Shown: piece by piece, positions 57,699 to 64,000 of the stretch
Numbering within the stretch: position 1 is the first letter of the stretch
Layout: each line of letters begins with the position of its first letter
Assembly (NCBI GenBank): GCA_964016885.1
Contig: OZ024749.1
Span: forward strand, 31,062,001 to 31,126,000
Reading direction: 5' to 3'
From: Eledone cirrhosa
Taxonomy: Eukaryota
DNA length: 64,000 nucleotides
Made by a program: the position numbers and the translations under genes
Notes under the pieces: model-generated
Databases searched by the model: none
Told to the model about the DNA's origin: nothing
Seen by the model: the letters and a program-made list of their open reading frames with translations, nothing else

Positions 57699-59495
57699 AT
57701 ATATTTACACATCCACCTGTGGTGGTAAAGTGTGTGTGTCAATGGTTAGGACAGTGTATGTATGACGAGATATGTGTGTATGATTATATTTACACATATA
57801 CCTGTGTTGGTGAAGTGTGTGACTCAATGGTTACGACAGTGTATGTATGACGAGGTCTGTGTGTATGAATATATTTACACATCCACCTGTGTTGGTGAAG
57901 TGTGTGACTCAATGGTTACGACAGTGTATGTATGACGAGGTCTGTGTGTATGAATATATTTACACATCCACCTGTGTTTGTGAAGTGTGTGACTCAATGG
58001 TTACGACAGTGTATGTATGACGAGGTCTGTGTGTATGAATATATTTACACATCCACCTGTGTTGGTGAAGTGTGTGAGTCAATGGTTACGACAGTGTATG
58101 TATGACGAGGTCTGTGTGTATGAATATATTTACACATATATCTGTGTTGGTGAAGTGTGTGAGTCAATGGTTACGACAGTGTATGTATGACGAGGTCTCT
58201 GTGTATAAACATATTTACACATATACCTGTGTTGGTGAAGTGTGTGAGTCAATGGTTAGGACAGTGTATGTATGACGAGGTCTGTGTGTATGAATATATT
58301 TACACATCCACCTGTGTTGGTGAAGTGTGTGAGTCAATTGTTACGACAGTGTATGTATGACGAGGTCTGTGTGTATGAATATATTTACACATCCACCTGT
58401 GTTGGTGAAGTGTGTGAGTCAATGGTTACGACAGTGTATGTATGACGAGATATGTGTGTATGAATATATTTACACATATACCTGTGTTGGTGAAGTGTGT
58501 GAGTCAATGGTTAGGACAGTGTATGTATGACGAGGTCTGTGTGTATGAATATATTTACACATCCACCTGTGTTGGTGAAGTGTGTGAGTCAATGGTTAGG
58601 ACAGTGTATGTATGACGAGGTGTGTGTGTATGAATATATTTACACATCCAGCTGTGTTGGTGAAGTGTGTGAGTCAATGGTTACGACAGTGTATGTATGA
58701 CGAGGTCTGTGTGCATGAATATATTTACACATGCACCTGTGTTGGTGAAGTATGTGAGTCAATGGTTACGACAGTGTATGTATGACGAGGTCTGTGTGTA
58801 TGAATATATTTACACATCCACCTGTGTTGGTGAAGTGTGTGAGTCAATTGTTACGACAGTGTATGTATGACGAGGTCTGTGTGTATGAATATATTTACAC
58901 ATCCACCTGTGTTGGTGAAGTGTGTGAGTCAATGGTTAGGACAGTGTATGTATGACGAGGTCTGTGTGCATGAATATATTTACACATATACCTGTGTTGG
59001 TTAAGTGTGTGAGTCAATGGTTAGGACAGTGTATGTATGACGAGGTCTGTGTGTATGAATATATTTACACATCCACCTGTGTTGGTGAAGTGTGTGAGTC
59101 AATGGTTACGACAGTGTATGTATCACGAGGTATGTGTGTATGAATATATTTACACATCCACCTGTGTTGGTGAAGTGTATGACTCAATGGTTACGACAGT
59201 GTATGTATGACGAGGTCTGTGTGTATGAATATATTTACACATCCACCTGTGTTGGTGAAGTGTGTGAGTCAATGGTTACGACAGTGTATGTATGACGAGG
59301 TCTGTGTGTATGAATATATTTACACATCCACCTGTGGGGGTGAAGTGTGTGAGTCAATGGATACGACAGTGTATGTATGACGAGGTCTGTGTGTATGAAT
59401 ATATTTACACATATACATGTGGTAGTGAAGTGTGCCTCTCAACATAGGCGACAATATGTATGTGTAGGTATCTGTGTATGAATAGATTTACACAT
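57699..59495. repeat. 85-bp tandem array, about 21 copies
   Basis: Unit ATATATTTACACATCCACCTGTGTTGGTGAAGTGTGTGAGTCAATGGTTACGACAGTGTATGTATGACGAGGTCTGTGTGTATGA. Confidence 0.97.
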
Positions 59496-60231
59496 ATACT
59501 TCTGGTGGTGCCTGTGTGTGAATATATGTGTTTATATGTGTGTGTATGTGTTTATATGTGTGTTTGTGTGTGGAATGTGTTTTTGAGCCTGTGTGCGTTT
59601 ATATGAGTATGTCTATGTTTATGTGACTAAATGTGCGTTTTTAATGTGTGTGTATGAAGTTGTGGAGGTGAGTGTGCCTGTGTGTGTATCTGTGAGTGTA
59701 TCTGTGGGTTTAAGTGTACGAATATGCATGTGAGTGCGTGTGTATGAGCATATGTAGGTGAGTGCATCTTTCTGTGTATATTTATGAGTATGTATGTAAG
59801 TGAATGTGTGTAAATCTTAATGTGTTAAACTGTCTGAGTGTGTGCAGGTGTATGTGTGTGTTTGTGTCTGTGTGTTTTTATTGATGTCTCTGTGAATGAA
59901 TGTGTGAGTGCGAATGTGTGAATGTGTGCGTATGAATGAGCATGTGTAGCTGAGTGTGTGTTTGTGTGTGTGATTCTAACAGCTTCCTTCTTCACCATCA
60001 AAGGATTACAGATCTCATTGGTTTATGGTGAGATATTAACTGCTAATGGCGTGTGTTTACACTCAAATAGAAATACAGAAAAGCAAATATTTCCTGAGTG
60101 TCCTTTTTTCTAGATTAGTTTCCAGTATAGACATAAGATATGATATGTTTTTTTCCTTTGATAGTAAGACGTCGAATTGGTAGTTTTAGCACCTGGGATA
60201 TAAATCTCTTATTATTCCTTCCGGACATCAG

Positions 60232-60305
60232 AGCGCTGAGTTCAAATACCGTCGGGGTCAATTATACTTCCATCCTTCAAGGTCGATAAATAAAGTACCA
60301 GTAAA
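60232..60305 (+). mobile_element. Old family A-related SINE fragment
   Basis: CTGAGTTCAAATACC..CATCCTTCAAGGTCGATAAATAAAGTACCAG. Confidence 0.7.
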
Positions 60306-60464
60306 GCGCAGGTGTAGATTTGCATTAGTTTAACTAACTTTCTCTATGTCTCTCAATTTGTCTCTTTCGCTGGTAAGGATTTGGCTACGTTTAGAATCAC
60401 AGAGGGAAAGGTTCCACTTGGTTTAAATGCCGACTAAACGCCGTATAGCACGATAAACCCCTTA

Positions 60465-60770
60465 TAATCTTATAAGGTGTTGCAGGTATGTCTGGATCGA
60501 GGGGGTGAAGGGGTAGCAATATTGATTTAATTAATCACAGTATTTTACTGGTAACAACCATTACGAAAGACTCTTGTTAGAAATATCAACCATATGAACA
60601 ACCAAATCACATCATAATCTTATAAGATGTTGTAGGTATGACTGGATCGAGGGGATGAACGGGTAGCAGGTAGCAATATAGATTTAATTAATCACAGTAT
60701 TTTACTGGTAACAACCATTATGAAAGACTCTTGTTAGAAATATCAACCATATGAACAACCAAATCACATC
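60465..60770. repeat. Approx. 150-bp tandem duplication
   Basis: 60465-60613 repeated at 60614-60770. Confidence 0.9.
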
Positions 60771-61212
60771 CACTTGTCATACAAATGGAAAGACATTTTG
60801 GCTAAAGTAATTATCGTCTGGCACTCTATTTCAACAGAACACCCGTGAAATACCGCTTAAAATATAATTGGTACAATTCCAAGAGAGAGTTACTACACTT
60901 TTTCTCCATCGAATCTTAATGTATTCTTATCCAAGACGTCATGCAATAGCTTCGAACACGAGACATAGTTATTGCGTTACATCTGTCCTGCTTCCTCCAG
61001 CTAATTCGGTTGAGGAATGGAGGACATTGGGTAACGTTGCTCTCGTTACACAATTAAATTTCTCAGAAAAATTAAGTAATCTGATTGGCTGTAAGGAGCG
61101 TGTAACGTTTTCTAGCTGTGACATTTCTCTGAAAGTGAGTATGAGAGGAAAATAGGTGATAACATCCTAGCATCAAATAACTATTTTAAATAATAATAAT
61201 AATAATAATAAC

Positions 61213-63335
61213 GGCATTACATTACTGCTTCCGAAGAATGATGAGACAAACAATCCCAAAAATTACAGACCGATAACTTGCTTGACCACAATGTATAAAA
61301 TTTTAACATCAGTCCTAACTGAATACACATATGACCACCTGATAACAAATGACCTATTTCCCATTGAGCAGAAAGAGTGTAAACGAGGCTCATATGGCTG
61401 TAAGGATCAGCTTCTGGTTAACAAAATGATACTGGAAGATTGTCATAATAGACACAAAAATCTATCGATTGCTTGGATAGATTATAAAAAAGCATTTGAT
61501 AGTTTGCCACACAGTTGGATTGAAAAATGTTTAGAGATTTTCAAAGTATCCCCCGTTGTCAGGAGGTTTTTGTCATTCAGTATGAAGACATGGAAAACGA
61601 CGCTCCTTTTGAATAGTGAAACAAAATCACTGGAAGCTGGAGAAGTTAATATTAAGTGTGGAATTTTTCAGGGTGACTCTTTATCACCGCTTTTATTCTG
61701 CATCGCACTTATACCATTAAGTAAAATGGTCAATGAAACAAATCATGGATATAAAGTCTATGACAAAACCATTAATCACCTGTTCTACATGGATAACCTG
61801 AAACTATTTGCAAAAAATGATGAACAATTGCAAGGGCTATTATCCACTGAGAAGCAGTTCAGTGATGACATTAAAATGGAGTTTGGACTAGATAAATGCG
61901 CCAAAGCAACGTTCACCAGAGGAAAGCTGCTGAAGAGTTCAGACATTAATCTTGATCGGGGGAACGTGATAAGAGAACTTGATCAAGAAAAAACTTACAA
62001 ATATCTAGGTGTTTGTGAAGGAGACGGAATCAAGCACTCGACAATGAGGGAAAGGATAAGGAGGGAATGTTACCGCAGAGTGAGAGCAATCTTAAAAACG
62101 GAATTGAATGCAAGGAATAGGATCGATGCCATAAACACGCTTGCCATACCAGTAGTAACCTACAGTTACAATGTCATCAACTGGACAAGCACAGAGATCC
62201 GTAGGCTCGATACAAAAATTCGAAAATTCTTAACCATGCACAGAATGCATCACCCTAAAGCAGATATAGATAGAATATATCTCCCTAGGAAAGAAGGGGG
62301 ACGTGGGTTAATCCAGTTAGACATTGCGTTGAAAACTGCAACAATTGGATTATCTACATATCTAAGGGAATCACATGATTGGATGATCAAACTCGTTTTG
62401 AAACACGAAAGCATCAAAAGATCATATTCCATTACAAAAGATGCACAAAGATACAGTAATGGACTACAAATTTCAGAAGTCCCATTTACTGCTGAAATGG
62501 AAAACACAGAAAAAGCAAAGCAGGTAAAAGTAACTGCAAAGAAAGAACTGCTACAGAAACTGGCTAAGAAATGGCAAGAAAAGCCTCTGTATGGAAAATA
62601 CCCAGAGCGAGCTAACAATCCTGATGTTGACAAAACTTTAACCCAACAGTGGTTGGCATCCACTGGACTGAAATCGGAGACTGAAGGACTGATTATATCG
62701 GCACAAGATCAGTGTCTGCCAACAAAAAATTACTAAGCCAACATAATAAAAAATGGATGCAGCCCATTATGCCGTGTATGCAAAAAACAACCAGAGACCA
62801 TTGACCATATAATTTCAATGTGCAGTCCTATAGCTCCAACCGAATACCTAAACAGGCATGACAGAGCTGCACAATACATACATTGGATAATGTGTAAGCA
62901 TTTTGACCTGCCCCATCAAAAGAATTGGTGGGAGCATCAACCACCTCCCATACTTGAAAAAGATCACATCTCAATCTTGTGGAACTTTAGCATCCAAACA
63001 GACCGAAAAATAGATGCAAACAGACCTGATATAATATTGAAAGACTTTCAAAAGAGGGTATGCCTGCTAATTGATATGTCTGTTCCAATAGACAAGAATG
63101 TATCTATAAAAACATTTGAAAAATTGAGCAAGTATAAGGACCTGGAGATAGAAATTGGAAAATGTGGAAATTGAGAACTAAAACAATACCAGTGGTTGTA
63201 GGCGCTCTGGGAATGATACCTAAGGGGTCTAATGATTACATATCGCAAATCCCAGGAAACCCGCGTATAGGAGAAATACAAAAGATAGTACTAATGGGAA
63301 CTGCCCATATACTAAGGAAGATTCTGTCAATATAA
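61213..63335 (+). pseudogene. Disrupted RT-CCHC-RLE ORF
   Basis: NYRPITCL, WIDYKKAFDS, GIFQGDSLSPLLF, YMDN (normally YMDD), YKYLG, GGRGL, CRVC..ETIDHIISMC, RHD, NRPDII..IDMSVP..EKLSKYKDL; premature stop at 62734-62736, frameshift near 63160, end stop 63333-63335. Confidence 0.92.
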
Positions 63336-63478
63336 GTACATCACAAGTCTAAACACTAAAGTTGCATGTGTGAATATGTATGTTCTTTCTTGAACATGGC
63401 GGACCTTGTTGTCTCTTGAGGTCACTGGTTGTGACTTGGTGATAACTCGTATGAACATAAAGCAAGATAAATGCAACT
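61213..63478 (+). mobile_element. 5'-truncated R4/Dong-clade non-LTR retrotransposon in (AAT)n
   Basis: RT plus zinc knuckle plus restriction-like endonuclease; (AAT)n at about 61188-61211 and 63481-63501; 3' UTR of about 140 bp. Confidence 0.88.
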
Positions 63479-63493
63479 GTAATAATAATAATA

Positions 63494-63677
63494 ATAATAA
63501 TTGTTTCTACCTTTGGCACAAGGCCAGCAATTAACCAGTGCATTACTGGTACTTTATTTTATCGAACCCGTAAGGATGAAAGGCAAAGTTAACCTCGGCG
63601 GGATTTGAACTCAGATCATATAGGGACGTAACTCTATGCTTCAAAGCATGGTGTCCGACTCTCTACCGATACTACCA
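63494..63677 (-). mobile_element. SINE family A in the (AAT)n tract next to the LINE
   Basis: A box, B box, core and tail; (AAT)n on both sides. Confidence 0.9.
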
Positions 63678-63718
63678 AAATAATAATAATAATAATTATT
63701 ATAATAATAATAATGATT

Positions 63719-64000
63719 TCATTTATTAGCCACAAGGGCCGACATGTAGGGGACAATACAAAGACAGGGACTGTGAGGGTTTACAATAAGGTCGAGTAAA
63801 AGTGCACAATGGCAGAGACTAATTTAACAATGAAGATATAAGAATATAAAATAAACTATGCATAAATATAACAAAATAAGTTCCCCGATAGGGGGTGGAC
63901 GACCCTGGGATGACTCGGGTACCCTACCAATCCTGAACCACCCTGCGCTTCTAGGGCACCCAGGGAGAGCACCCCTCTCCTGAAGTTAGCTAGCCTATAG
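63719..64000 (-). mobile_element. 3' end of a LINE-like family, running off the window
   Basis: Shares terminal motif with 49626-49775; GC-richer interior. Confidence 0.5.

Noticed and set aside
57699-59495. CRISPR-like array
   Set aside because: Contiguous near-identical units, no unique spacers, no cas genes, eukaryotic context
62250-62663. 137-aa antisense ORF
   Set aside because: Shadow of the LINE RT ORF

Overview
Very AT-rich, repeat-dominated eukaryotic DNA, probably intronic or intergenic. The (TA)n/(CA)n/(GA)n microsatellite density and the SINE families point to an octopus (cephalopod) genome; this is my inference from recalled repeat sequences, not a database result. No intact host gene is evident, and nearly all listed ORFs are microsatellite artefacts. 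Supported content: about 25 copies of one tRNA-derived SINE (several with target-site duplications, TSDs), a few CORE-type SINE pieces, three RTE LINE 3' fragments, a 5'-truncated R4/Dong-type LINE (RT + CCHC + restriction-like endonuclease) sitting in (AAT)n, and several minisatellite arrays. The most interesting signal is a set of Penelope-like element (PLE) remnants embedded in (TA)n tracts. One copy retains a GIY-YIG C-terminal ORF remnant. Six well-formed and one degenerate type I hammerhead ribozymes can be folded by eye. At least seven unrelated families share one architecture: an inverted copy of the 3' end plus an extra tail, anchored in TA repeats. One family (7 palindromic copies plus a tail-only fragment) consists of two head-to-head 3' halves of a hammerhead with the CUGANGA half missing.
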